This document shows, piece by piece, positions 26,872 to 35,381 of a stretch of DNA of 41,562 bases (position 1 is its first letter; every line of letters starts with the position of its first letter). The stretch is from Candidatus Fermentithermobacillaceae bacterium UBA3951 (GTDB lineage: Bacteria > Bacillota > Sulfobacillia > Fermentithermobacillales > Fermentithermobacillaceae). Position numbers and translations under genes: made by a program. Below the pieces are notes generated by a model that had not been told where the DNA came from, ran no database searches, and worked only from the letters and a program-made list of their open reading frames with translations. The stretch spans positions 2,444 to 44,005 of the forward strand of contig DGDN01000029.1 in assembly GCA_002385465.1 (NCBI GenBank). Direction: 5' to 3'.

Positions 26872-27186
26872 ATGATCGTGACTACTACGCCCGGAGTCGA
26901 GGGACGGAAGATTGAAGAGTACCTGGGGATCGTTGCCGGCGAAGTGGCCTTGGGGACCGACTTCATCCGCGACTTCGCGGCGCAACTTGCCGACTTTTTC
27001 GGGGCGCGGACGTCAGGTTACGAGGAAGAGCTGGTCGAGGCCCGGGCAGCGTGCATCAGGGAGATGACCGACCGGGCCGCGCGAATAGGCGCCAACGCCA
27101 TAGTGGGCGTCAAGATCGACCATGAGATCCTGACAAACGGCATGATGCTGGTACTCTCTACAGGGACCGCCGTAAAGCTCGCCTAG
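26872..27186 (+). CDS. YbjQ / UPF0145 family protein
   Basis: MIVTTTPGVEG...YLGIVAGE...YEEELVEAR...GANAIVG...MMLVLSTGTAV. ATG 26872 behind GAGGAG. Confidence 0.93.
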   Translation: MIVTTTPGVEGRKIEEYLGIVAGEVALGTDFIRDFAAQLADFFGARTSGYEEELVEARAACIREMTDRAARIGANAIVGVKIDHEILTNGMMLVLSTGTAVKLA

Positions 27187-27974
27187 AATTCCGCCTTGCG
27201 TTTTTCGCGAAAAGCCCTCATCCCTTCTTCCCGGTCGGGATGGGAGAAGCAGGCGGCAAACAGTTCCCTCTCAATCTTGAGGCCGTCGTGCAAGGTCCCA
27301 AGAAGACCCTCTCTGACGGCCTTCTTGGCTTGGCTTACGGCATAAGGCGATTTCCGGCTTATCTCGCCTGCGAGCGCCAAAGCTTCGCTCAAAGCCTTCC
27401 CCTCAGGTACGACCCTGCTCACGAGGCCTATGCGCAGGGCTTCTTCCGCCCCCACCATGCGGGCCGACAAGATCATATCCAGGGCCATGGTCTTCCCCAC
27501 CAACCGGGCAAGCCTCTGCGTTCCCCCAAAGCCCGGGATTATGCCCAAACCGACCTCCGGCTGGCCGAAACGGGCATTCTCGGCGGCGATGCGGATGTCG
27601 CACGCCAGCGCAAGTTCGCAGCCTCCGCCCAACGCATAACCATTTATCGCCGCGATTACCGGCTTTGGGTGGCGTTCGATGGCCTCAAAAACGCTTTGAC
27701 CGAACTCCGAGAAGGAAGACGCCCCTTCCGGGTCCATCGCGGCCATCTCACCGATATCTGCACCTGCCACGAACGCTTTGGGCCCCGTGCCCGTGATCAC
27801 AAGCGCCCTCAAGGAACCGTTTGAGCGGGCTTCCTCGACGACCGAGCGGAGGCTCTCAAGCACCTCTTTGTTGAGAGCGTTGAGCTGCCGGGGCCTGTTC
27901 AAGGTAATGATGCCTACCCCATCCTCAATCTCGAAAAGCACGGGACGGGAATCTCCGGTTTCGTAGCCTTCCAT
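27183..27974 (-). CDS. Enoyl-CoA hydratase (crotonase)
   Basis: LNRPRQLNAL, FVAGADI, GGGCELALACD and GQPEV (both catalytic Glu), PGFGGTQRL. Confidence 0.93.
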   Translation of the reverse strand: MEGYETGDSRPVLFEIEDGVGIITLNRPRQLNALNKEVLESLRSVVEEARSNGSLRALVITGTGPKAFVAGADIGEMAAMDPEGASSFSEFGQSVFEAIERHPKPVIAAINGYALGGGCELALACDIRIAAENARFGQPEVGLGIIPGFGGTQRLARLVGKTMALDMILSARMVGAEEALRIGLVSRVVPEGKALSEALALAGEISRKSPYAVSQAKKAVREGLLGTLHDGLKIERELFAACFSHPDREEGMRAFREKRKAEF

Positions 27975-27988
27975 ATGTACCTCTCCTA

Positions 27989-28537
27989 TCAGTTTCTATC
28001 TACGGGTTCACCCAGCGGGTAGTACTTGCCGCGGAAGTAAGTCACGGCTTTCAGCTTGGCCGGGTCTACCTCACCGGCCGTAAGGACATCGCTGTTTGCG
28101 TGGACGGCCACTATTTCTCCGATGAAGAGGTCGTGGCTCCCCAGAGACACCCGGCTTTTCACCTTGCACTCCAGATTCAAGGGAAACTCTTTGATAAGGG
28201 GCGCCCTGGTCCTCTCGGCAGGGACCGGAGTCAATTTCGCGCCCTGGAACTTGTCCTCGTTCCTACCCGATACCGACCCACAGTACTTAAGGGCCTCCGT
28301 TTGGTGAGCCGCGGGCACATTCACCACAAAATCGCCGTAACGCTGGATAAGGCCAAAAGAATACCGGGTCGGCCTGACACCAATGGTCACGCACGGCGGC
28401 TCCGATGCAGCCACACCCACCCAAGCCAACGTGATGGCGTTCTTCTCGGCGTCAATGTCGCCGCACGTTACCAGCACCACGGGGACCGGGCACAAGAGGG
28501 GCGCGGGGCTCAACAGCCTCTTGGATTGTTCTCCCAC
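27989..28537 (-). CDS. Flavin reductase family protein
   Basis: PVPVVLVT, FVVNVP, CGSVSGR..DKF, NLECKV, GSHDLFIGE. GTG 28537 preferred on RBS spacing. Confidence 0.9.
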   Translation of the reverse strand: MGEQSKRLLSPAPLLCPVPVVLVTCGDIDAEKNAITLAWVGVAASEPPCVTIGVRPTRYSFGLIQRYGDFVVNVPAAHQTEALKYCGSVSGRNEDKFQGAKLTPVPAERTRAPLIKEFPLNLECKVKSRVSLGSHDLFIGEIVAVHANSDVLTAGEVDPAKLKAVTYFRGKYYPLGEPVDRN

Positions 28538-28556
28538 TACCAGCACTCCTTTCGAG

Positions 28557-28589
28557 TTGTCAAAGAGTCTGCTTACAGTTAGACTGTTA
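28557..28589 (+). promoter_or_regulatory. Sigma-A promoter of the MATE gene overlapped by a palindromic operator candidate
   Basis: TTGTCA-N17-TAGACT; inverted repeat TTACAGT-tag-ACTGTTA at 28573-28589 covers the -10. Confidence 0.55.
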
Positions 28590-28638
28590 CGGGTACGGAA
28601 CTAAATAATCTCGAGCAAAAAGGCGGGAATAGACCAAA

Positions 28639-30018
28639 TTGCAAAGAGAAGCGGCCCGGGCGGCATACCTCGAAACAGAAGAACTTGATAGCCATACTGC
28701 TCGCAAAGTAGTCTGGAGCCTTTCGGCCCCGACCCTTGTTGAGATGTTCCTCGTATCACTGGTTGGAATGGCAGACATGATCCAGGTCGGTCGAGTAGGC
28801 CCTGAAGCCATAACGGCAGTAGGCCTCACAAACCAACCCATAATGCTGCTCTTGGCTATATTCCAGGCACTCAACGTAGGCACCACCGCACTGGTTGCCC
28901 GCTTCATCGGGATGGGCAAGCCCAAAGATGCGTCGGACACCCTGAAGCAGACTTTCGTCTTGGTGATTCTCCTAGGCCTTGCCGTCTCCCTTTTCGCAGG
29001 CCTCACCTCCTCGGCGATATTGGAATTCATGGGGGCCGAACCCGAAGTCATCCGCGTAGGGACTCCCTATTTTAGGGTTGTGGCCTTCGGATTCGTATTC
29101 AGCGCACTAGCCATGGGACTTGCTTCTGCCCTCCGCGGAGCAGGCGATACCAGGACCCCCATGACCGTTAACCTTACCGCAAACGCCGTGAACGTCACCT
29201 TCAACTATATTCTCATCTGGGGCAAGTTCGGCTTCCCACGGTGGGGCGTATTTGGCGCCGGTGTCGCCACGACCTTCTCAAGGGTTGTGGCAGCCGTATG
29301 GTTTGTGATCATTGTCCTTAGAGGCAAGAAGCAAGTACGCCTCGATTTCAAGGGCGGTTACAGGCCAAACCCTGAGATCCTCAAGAGAATCCTGAATGTC
29401 GGCTTTCCTGCCGCAATGGAGCAGGGCGTCCTCCGCACCGGACAGGTCCTCTTCGCAAGAGTCGTTTCGTCTCTCGGAACCATAACTTTCGCAGCCCACC
29501 AAACGTCCATGAACATCCTGAGCCTCACCTTCATGCCCGGAATGGCTTTCGCAACAGGCTGCACGACGCTGGTTGGCCAGTATCTCGGGGCCAAGCGGCC
29601 GGAAGACGCCGAACGCTGCGCCTACACCTCCCGTAATATGGGTCTTGCTTTTGGAGGAGCCATGGCGCTTATCTTCATCTTCTTCGGCAAGTACATCGCC
29701 ATGCTCTACACCAACGATATGTCGGTGGTATTAGCTTCCGCCCTTGTGCTCAAGATATACGCATTTGCCCAACCGTTCCAATCCATCCAGTTCATCCTGG
29801 CAGGTGGACTCCGGGGAGCCGGGGACACCAAGTATCCCCTCTACTCTACGGCCTTGGGCATGTGGATAGGCCGCGTGGGTCTGGGCTGGTTCTTCGTAAA
29901 CGTGGTGAGAATGGGCCTTCCCGGTGCATGGCTCGGAATGGCCATAGACCAGATAGTACGCGGGATCTTCATATCTTTGCGTTTCAGGACCGGCAGGTGG
30001 AAGGAAGTGCGGGTCTAG
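28639..30018 (+). CDS. MATE family efflux transporter
   Basis: Two-fold internal repeat with LRGAGDT twice, ADMIQVGRVG, LVGQYLGA; about 12 TM helices. Confidence 0.95.
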   Translation: MQREAARAAYLETEELDSHTARKVVWSLSAPTLVEMFLVSLVGMADMIQVGRVGPEAITAVGLTNQPIMLLLAIFQALNVGTTALVARFIGMGKPKDASDTLKQTFVLVILLGLAVSLFAGLTSSAILEFMGAEPEVIRVGTPYFRVVAFGFVFSALAMGLASALRGAGDTRTPMTVNLTANAVNVTFNYILIWGKFGFPRWGVFGAGVATTFSRVVAAVWFVIIVLRGKKQVRLDFKGGYRPNPEILKRILNVGFPAAMEQGVLRTGQVLFARVVSSLGTITFAAHQTSMNILSLTFMPGMAFATGCTTLVGQYLGAKRPEDAERCAYTSRNMGLAFGGAMALIFIFFGKYIAMLYTNDMSVVLASALVLKIYAFAQPFQSIQFILAGGLRGAGDTKYPLYSTALGMWIGRVGLGWFFVNVVRMGLPGAWLGMAIDQIVRGIFISLRFRTGRWKEVRV

Positions 30019-30054
30019 CGGCCCGTGTTCGCCCGGCGGGCGAGCTTACCCCGC

Positions 30055-31293
30055 TTAACCCCGCTTAACCCGGGCCGACACCGATCCTTCACCGAAGTAA
30101 CCGTAAGTACCGCATTCTTTGAGTTTCCTTACGGTCGCTTCCATGATTGACCGGGAGGCAGAAAGGTACATATCGACGCCGGAAGCCGATTTTTCTCCCC
30201 GGTCTATGGCTTCCCGGTTCTTGTCGATGTGCTCTTTAAGAGATTGGGCCGCCGTTACCAGGAACAGGGTGTTTACGTTGTCTTTCGCCACGAGCCCTCT
30301 TACGACTCTCTTGGCCCCGGTACCGCCGTGCTGGGCGAACGGCGTGTAGCAGCCGGTTTCTCTGAGGATCTCTCTCTGCACCGTCTCCAGCCGTTCCGAG
30401 TCCGGTTCGCGCCTTACGGCCGACGGAGCCCCGTGTTCCATCCCGATGGGGTAGGAAATGCCGCCGGCCCCCGTATACCGGACAAACCCTGCGACCTGGC
30501 GCGCGAAATCCTGGAGCTTTTCGCCGCTCAACCTTACGTAATCCGTTTCGTCGCCCGACCGCCCGGTAGCGCCGTACTCAGCCTCAAGGATGGCATCGCT
30601 CCCCAAGGTAGTCAGAAGCTGAGAGACCTCTTTGGTCACGGCAAAGTTCAAAATGGGCGGCAGGTCTTCCGTATCGATCATCGCCCAGGCAGGACGCATT
30701 TCTTCGACCAAGGCCCTGAAACCGGCCACGGCCTCCCTGTATGGTCCGGAAGAAAGATATGCCTCCCAAGCGGCCATGTCTTCCAGGGAGGGCGCCCTCA
30801 CACCGTACGCCCGGGCCGCATCCAATGCCTCCTCCAAGCTGGACCTGACTCTCGCTTTGGAGGGATTCATATCATCGCTCACATCCGGCCCTTTTTCGGA
30901 AGACAAAGCTTCGCGGACCCCCGGCACGGCGTAGTGGTCAAGCCCGAGAGCCGCAAGGGGAGGCTCATACATGGATGAGTACTCTTCCGCAGCGAGCCTC
31001 GCGAGCCTTGCCCCGGCGCGGAGAGACTCCACGAAACCGGCCCGGGGCCTGAGGCCGCGACCGGCCGTCGCGAGCGCCCCCATGCTGAACTGGATGATAA
31101 TCGGAGAACCCCCAGAAAGGGCCGAAGCGTGGTAGAACCCTGCCAGCTCCAGTTCGAACGGGAAGTTTCCGTTCACGGCCAGGACGGTTTTTCTCTCTTC
31201 TTCCGGCCTAAGCCGGAGGTCTTCGGTAAAAGGGTTAAGCCGGTTGAAAAGCTTCCGGAGCTCGTTCCCCGTAACGTTGCGAGTATTTGGCAT
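30055..31293 (-). CDS. Divergent class II (metal-dependent) aldolase, fructose-bisphosphate aldolase superfamily
   Basis: Ordered motifs LAVN, SPIIIQFS, LDH, MID..LP..N, EAEYG, IGMEHG, QHGGTG, KDNVNT. Confidence 0.78.
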   Translation of the reverse strand: MPNTRNVTGNELRKLFNRLNPFTEDLRLRPEEERKTVLAVNGNFPFELELAGFYHASALSGGSPIIIQFSMGALATAGRGLRPRAGFVESLRAGARLARLAAEEYSSMYEPPLAALGLDHYAVPGVREALSSEKGPDVSDDMNPSKARVRSSLEEALDAARAYGVRAPSLEDMAAWEAYLSSGPYREAVAGFRALVEEMRPAWAMIDTEDLPPILNFAVTKEVSQLLTTLGSDAILEAEYGATGRSGDETDYVRLSGEKLQDFARQVAGFVRYTGAGGISYPIGMEHGAPSAVRREPDSERLETVQREILRETGCYTPFAQHGGTGAKRVVRGLVAKDNVNTLFLVTAAQSLKEHIDKNREAIDRGEKSASGVDMYLSASRSIMEATVRKLKECGTYGYFGEGSVSARVKRG

Positions 31294-31354
31294 GGTAAAC
31301 TCTTGAACCCGGCCGGAGCCGGACCTCCTCCTCTCATCCCTCTGTCCTCAAGGA

Positions 31355-32311
31355 TTACGGCGCGCCGTTCGCGACAAACGGTAAGGCTCCGGGAATCACC
31401 CTCACCGTCGCGGGAAAGCGCGCATCAACAGTATCACCATCAACATGGCAGGGAAAACCGTCGGGAGCCGAGAGTTCAATGGAAGCAGCGTCCTTAAGCA
31501 CCACGCCTTCCTTGCCCACGTGATTTCCGTTCCGCACAAGGAATATGAGAGGCAAGAGGCTCTGGCGCGGTATCCCGTGAAGAAACGCCACGTTCAGTCG
31601 CCCATCGTCCGGTAAAGCCCCCGGGTTTACCTTAAGCCCACCGCCGAATATCTGAGAGTTGGTTATGGCGCACACCCATGTCTTCTCGTATGTGGCGCCT
31701 TGCCCGCCATCGACGGAAATCGAGATCTGGCCGGGGTTAAAGTAGAAGACGCCACGTAGCGCTTCATACATATAGCTCAAGCTGCCGAGCTTTCTGGAAC
31801 CCAGTTCTGCGACTCGTTTCACGACGTAGGCATCGTAACCGATGCCCACCGAGTTCACCACATACCTTTTGAAGCCCGAGGAGTCGGAGAATTGGAACAC
31901 GTCCATGTACTTCACGTTGGGCCTAAGGAGGGCCCGGACGGCTCCTTCCCAGGTGGCAAAGAGCCCGCTACCTACGGCAAAGTCGTTACCCGTTCCGGAG
32001 GGTATCACAGCGAGCTTCACGGGGTTCTGAGTTCCCTCTTGGCTCGCCACCATGAGGCCGTTTACGACTTCGCTGAGAGTGCCGTCGCCGCCCATGGCTG
32101 CGAGCACATCATAACCGTTCGCTGCAGCCGCTTTGGAGATTTCGGTTGCGTGCCCTCTGCGCTCTGTCTCCACCACGTCGTAGGGGATACCCAACTCATC
32201 CAGAGCGCCCCGAACCGCCGGAAGTCGTTTCTTCGTCCTGCCGTGGCCTGCCACGGGGTTTGCTATGACCAGTACCTTTCCAGGGAGCGCCAATCCAATC
32301 ACTTCCATCAC
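31355..32311 (-). CDS. Diacylglycerol/lipid kinase family protein (YegS/BmrU-like)
   Basis: NPVAGHG, GGDGTLSEVVNG, PSGTGNDFA, FGGG, DDG, VDGD. Exact start uncertain. Confidence 0.93.
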   Translation of the reverse strand: MMEVIGLALPGKVLVIANPVAGHGRTKKRLPAVRGALDELGIPYDVVETERRGHATEISKAAAANGYDVLAAMGGDGTLSEVVNGLMVASQEGTQNPVKLAVIPSGTGNDFAVGSGLFATWEGAVRALLRPNVKYMDVFQFSDSSGFKRYVVNSVGIGYDAYVVKRVAELGSRKLGSLSYMYEALRGVFYFNPGQISISVDGGQGATYEKTWVCAITNSQIFGGGLKVNPGALPDDGRLNVAFLHGIPRQSLLPLIFLVRNGNHVGKEGVVLKDAASIELSAPDGFPCHVDGDTVDARFPATVRVIPGALPFVANGAP

Positions 32312-32326
32312 GAGTTTTCGACAACA

Positions 32327-32351
32327 TTTCCATATCCCCGGCGCTTTTCCT
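32327..32351 (-). promoter_or_regulatory. Sigma-H-like promoter of the lipid kinase
   Basis: gaAGGAaaa-N14-GAAAt (AGGA-N17-GAAA). Confidence 0.45.
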
Positions 32352-32368
32352 TCTTGGCTACTGGTGCC

Positions 32369-34054
32369 TTATTCCAGGGCTACTCGGGCCTCCGCTCTTC
32401 CTGCCCGTTCGCCAGAAACGGCGATCGTTACAACCGTACCCTCCTTGCCTTTCACCACCCAGCCGACTCTTGTCTCCCGGGTGGCCGCTCCCCCTCTGAA
32501 ATAACCCCCGCCGAAACCGCGGTTGTCTCCGGCGCGCCCGTCCAGGTGACCGATCTCCTTCTTGGCCTTCCCTACCACCTCAATGCCTTCTCCGGACACC
32601 CAGGCCTCGAGGGGCCTTGCCTTGTTCACCAAGTGGGCCTGGTAGCTGCCGGAGGTCGGCAGGTAGCCAAGGTTCCTCACGAGGGCGTTAAGTTCGTACA
32701 CTCCCCCGCCCAAGGGCTTGACGGCAACCTTGTCGAGCTCAAGCCGCGGCAGAGTCATCATGGCGCGGAGAGAAAACATGCAATTCTTGTAGCACTCGGC
32801 TTCGAGGAATGCTCTGGGAGCGTTCTGGACTACGAACTTGGTGCGCCACCCGCCTATCTCAACGGGGCCGATCTGAGGATGGTCAAACGGGCGCCAGGGC
32901 TCGAAGCCTGCCCCGCCCAGCTCCCGGTCGTTCCACTCGAGGAGCTTCAAGAAGTCTTCTTCCTGTTCCTTGGGGCTCTTGGGACGCCTGGGCCACTGCG
33001 CTACTCCGGCGCGCTGGGCCTGGTTCCAGGTCTCCACCGTGTAGCTCAAGACGCCTCTGTGCTCATAGAGCCAGTCATCGAAGGCTCCGGTTGAGAAAGA
33101 ATCGGGACTTCCTCCCGAGAAATCCTCGTAGCACGGAATGCACGGGTACCCGGTTTCCTCCGTGCCCATCTCACCTATGGCGATAAGAGTCTGTATGTCT
33201 CTCCGGGGGCTCTTCGATGCGGGGTGGGAGCCGGGAACGCGCAGGATGACCCCGCCAGTTGTATGGAACGTGAAAGCCAGCGCTATATTCGGGTGCGAGG
33301 CAATGAACTCCGCCACGGCCCTGGTCTCGGGCTCTGACAGGGGGAATTCTCCCGCGCCGGGCTGTCTCGTATCCGGCGCCCAACCGTAGGGATAATTCCG
33401 GTTCAGGTCAATCCCCCACTTGGGCGGCGCTGGTTTGACCGGACCGCCGTCATAGTCCCTTATGAGCCCCTCGGTGTACACGCGGTAGAACGTACCTTCA
33501 TCCTCGTCGGGTCCCCTGCGGACGAGGGCCCTCGGGTCTTTTGGCGATACTTTCCACTCGCCTGCAGGGTCCTTGACCCGCATGAGGAGTATTTCGCCGT
33601 CGCCATCTATGTCCGCAGGATAGAGCCCTTCCTTTTCTTCGGGGTTAGGATGCGGGTAAGGCCTCGGCACAGACCTTAGTGTCTCCGGTGTCGTAAGGTA
33701 TACCTCGGCCCCGTCGGGAGACACGCGGGGAATCGCGTATACCGTATACCGCTTCAAGATTTTGGTCGCTCGCTCGTCTTTTCCGAAATTCTTAAGGAGA
33801 TAATCGATTATGTACACGGATATCATGGAACCTGTGACTTCGCCGGCGTGGTGGTTGCCGTCGAAGTAGAAAGCCGGCTTCTGAGACGGACAACCGGCCG
33901 ACGTGTCGGTTATCGTAACTGCCCAAATGTCTCTTCCTTCAGGCGTCTTGCCGGCCGACTCAAGGGTCATGAGAGACGGGTATTTCTCCGCAAGGCCCTT
34001 AAGCGCGCTCTCCAGTTCCTCGTACAGGTAATAGTGGTCATACTTGAGTTCCAT
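32369..34054 (-). CDS. M14 family zinc carboxypeptidase
   Basis: HxxE (NHHAGE), PDG, DLNRNY, SEPET, FHT, YTVE. ATG 34054 behind GGAGG; no signal peptide. Confidence 0.92.
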   Translation of the reverse strand: MELKYDHYYLYEELESALKGLAEKYPSLMTLESAGKTPEGRDIWAVTITDTSAGCPSQKPAFYFDGNHHAGEVTGSMISVYIIDYLLKNFGKDERATKILKRYTVYAIPRVSPDGAEVYLTTPETLRSVPRPYPHPNPEEKEGLYPADIDGDGEILLMRVKDPAGEWKVSPKDPRALVRRGPDEDEGTFYRVYTEGLIRDYDGGPVKPAPPKWGIDLNRNYPYGWAPDTRQPGAGEFPLSEPETRAVAEFIASHPNIALAFTFHTTGGVILRVPGSHPASKSPRRDIQTLIAIGEMGTEETGYPCIPCYEDFSGGSPDSFSTGAFDDWLYEHRGVLSYTVETWNQAQRAGVAQWPRRPKSPKEQEEDFLKLLEWNDRELGGAGFEPWRPFDHPQIGPVEIGGWRTKFVVQNAPRAFLEAECYKNCMFSLRAMMTLPRLELDKVAVKPLGGGVYELNALVRNLGYLPTSGSYQAHLVNKARPLEAWVSGEGIEVVGKAKKEIGHLDGRAGDNRGFGGGYFRGGAATRETRVGWVVKGKEGTVVTIAVSGERAGRAEARVALE

Positions 34055-34084
34055 ATGCCAATTCCTCCCCTCCACGGTGTCCTA

Positions 34085-34109
34085 ATTCCATATCGCGTCA
34101 AGGAAACCT
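34085..34109 (-). promoter_or_regulatory. Sigma-H-like promoter of the M14 peptidase
   Basis: acAGGTtt-N15-GAAT (AGGT-N17-GAAT). Confidence 0.5.
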
Positions 34110-34120
34110 GTCGCCTTTGC

Positions 34121-35038
34121 CTACCTTGGAGCAGCGTTCCTTATCCAGTAGAAAAGGTGCTCTTGAGCGTACCCTGCGAAAGCGCCAAAGCGCCGCTCAC
34201 CGAACTCTCTTGCCTCCCGGGGGCCGAGCTTCTTTCCGCCCATGAAATACCTTGACACAGCCCGCGCTATCCAGACGTCAACAGGAAACACATCCAGCCT
34301 GTGATAACCGAAAAGGAGCACACAGTCCGCCACTTTGGGGCCGACTCCCTTTATCTTCATGAGCTCCTGCCTGGCTTCTTCCACAGGCATTGATCTCACG
34401 AGCTCGAGGTCAACGTCTCCCGAGAGGACCTTCACCGCGGCATCGTACAGGTACTTATCGCGAAATCCGCACCTTGACTGCCTCAGGGAAGAGACGTCTT
34501 GAGACGCTATGGCTCCCGGAGACGGAAACCCAAATGCCCCCATCCCGGCAGGCTCCCCGAAACACCCTGCGAGGTACTCGACGGTTTTCGAGATGGCCGG
34601 GATGTTCTTGTTCAGGGATAGCACGTACGAAGCCAGGCACTCCCAGGGGTCCTGGGTGAGTATGCGGAGTCCCCGGCCGTAGGCGACCGCTTCTGCCATT
34701 ACGCCCCCCGACCGGGAGAGAACGCCTTCGATCGTTTTAATGTCGTCCTCGTCCGAGAAGTACCGCCTCACTACCTGCGATACATAAGATGGCCCGGAGA
34801 GAGACACGGAAGATGGGTCCCACGCGACATATATCTCGCTCGTAACCGGAGAGGTCTGGCCCACGGCGAGGGCCAGCTCCCCTATCACTCCCCGGTAGGC
34901 AACGGGGAGAGCAGGCCTACCTGGAAAAGCGGCCGGTTTCCACCTGAATGCCTGACCGCACTCAAGTGTTGCCTTAAGGCTCACCGGGCCCGACAGCCGT
35001 ATTACGGTCTCTCTGATATCCAGACTTATCTCTCCCAC
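34121..35038 (-). CDS. 8-oxoguanine DNA glycosylase (OGG/HhH-GPD)
   Basis: TLECGQAFRW, GLRILTQDPWE, HhH KGVGPKVADC, FPVDVW, AGYAQEHLF. Start uncertain (GTG 35038, CTG 35023 or ATG 35086). Confidence 0.92.
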   Translation of the reverse strand: MGEISLDIRETVIRLSGPVSLKATLECGQAFRWKPAAFPGRPALPVAYRGVIGELALAVGQTSPVTSEIYVAWDPSSVSLSGPSYVSQVVRRYFSDEDDIKTIEGVLSRSGGVMAEAVAYGRGLRILTQDPWECLASYVLSLNKNIPAISKTVEYLAGCFGEPAGMGAFGFPSPGAIASQDVSSLRQSRCGFRDKYLYDAAVKVLSGDVDLELVRSMPVEEARQELMKIKGVGPKVADCVLLFGYHRLDVFPVDVWIARAVSRYFMGGKKLGPREAREFGERRFGAFAGYAQEHLFYWIRNAAPR

Positions 35039-35115
35039 GGATCTTTGGTTTCCACATGACCGGATTCGAGGCCCGCGGGCTCCCATCCTCTGCCTGTCTG
35101 CGTCTCGTGTTCAGT

Positions 35116-35144
35116 AACCCTCCACGGGTACTTGACATAAGATG
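35116..35144 (+). promoter_or_regulatory. Sigma-K-like sporulation promoter
   Basis: AACC-N16-CATAAGATG fits the B. subtilis sigma-K pattern mACm-N16-CATA---Tr. Confidence 0.55.
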
Positions 35145-35175
35145 CAGCGACCCTACATCGAAGGAGGGAAGCAAC

Positions 35176-35274
35176 ATGGCAGGAGTTGGAGGAGGCGGAT
35201 TCGGTTCTCCCTTCATCCTCTTCTTGATCCTCATCCTGTTGGTCTTGGGCTTTGCCTGCTTGACCTGCTTCTAA
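35176..35274 (+). CDS. YjcZ/SscA-like small sporulation membrane peptide (32 aa)
   Basis: MAGVGGGGFGSPFILFLILILLVLGFACLTCF: Gly-rich N-terminus plus one hydrophobic helix; AAGGAGGG RBS. Confidence 0.8.
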   Translation: MAGVGGGGFGSPFILFLILILLVLGFACLTCF

Positions 35275-35327
35275 GCCAGCACGTAAGCGCAGCACGCTCC
35301 AAGACGCGGTACCGCGAGATTTCACGG

Positions 35328-35354
35328 ACAGAGCCCCCTCCAAGGGGGCTCTGT
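35328..35354. terminator. Bidirectional intrinsic terminator candidate
   Basis: 11-bp stem ACAGAGCCCCC / GGGGGCTCTGT between convergent genes. Confidence 0.7.
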
Positions 35355-35381
35355 TCACACTTGCGAAAGCGACGCAAAGCC

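Noticed and set aside
31892-33094. 400-aa plus-strand ORF
   Set aside because: Antisense to the lipid kinase and M14 genes, both with clear family motifs; no recognisable domain.
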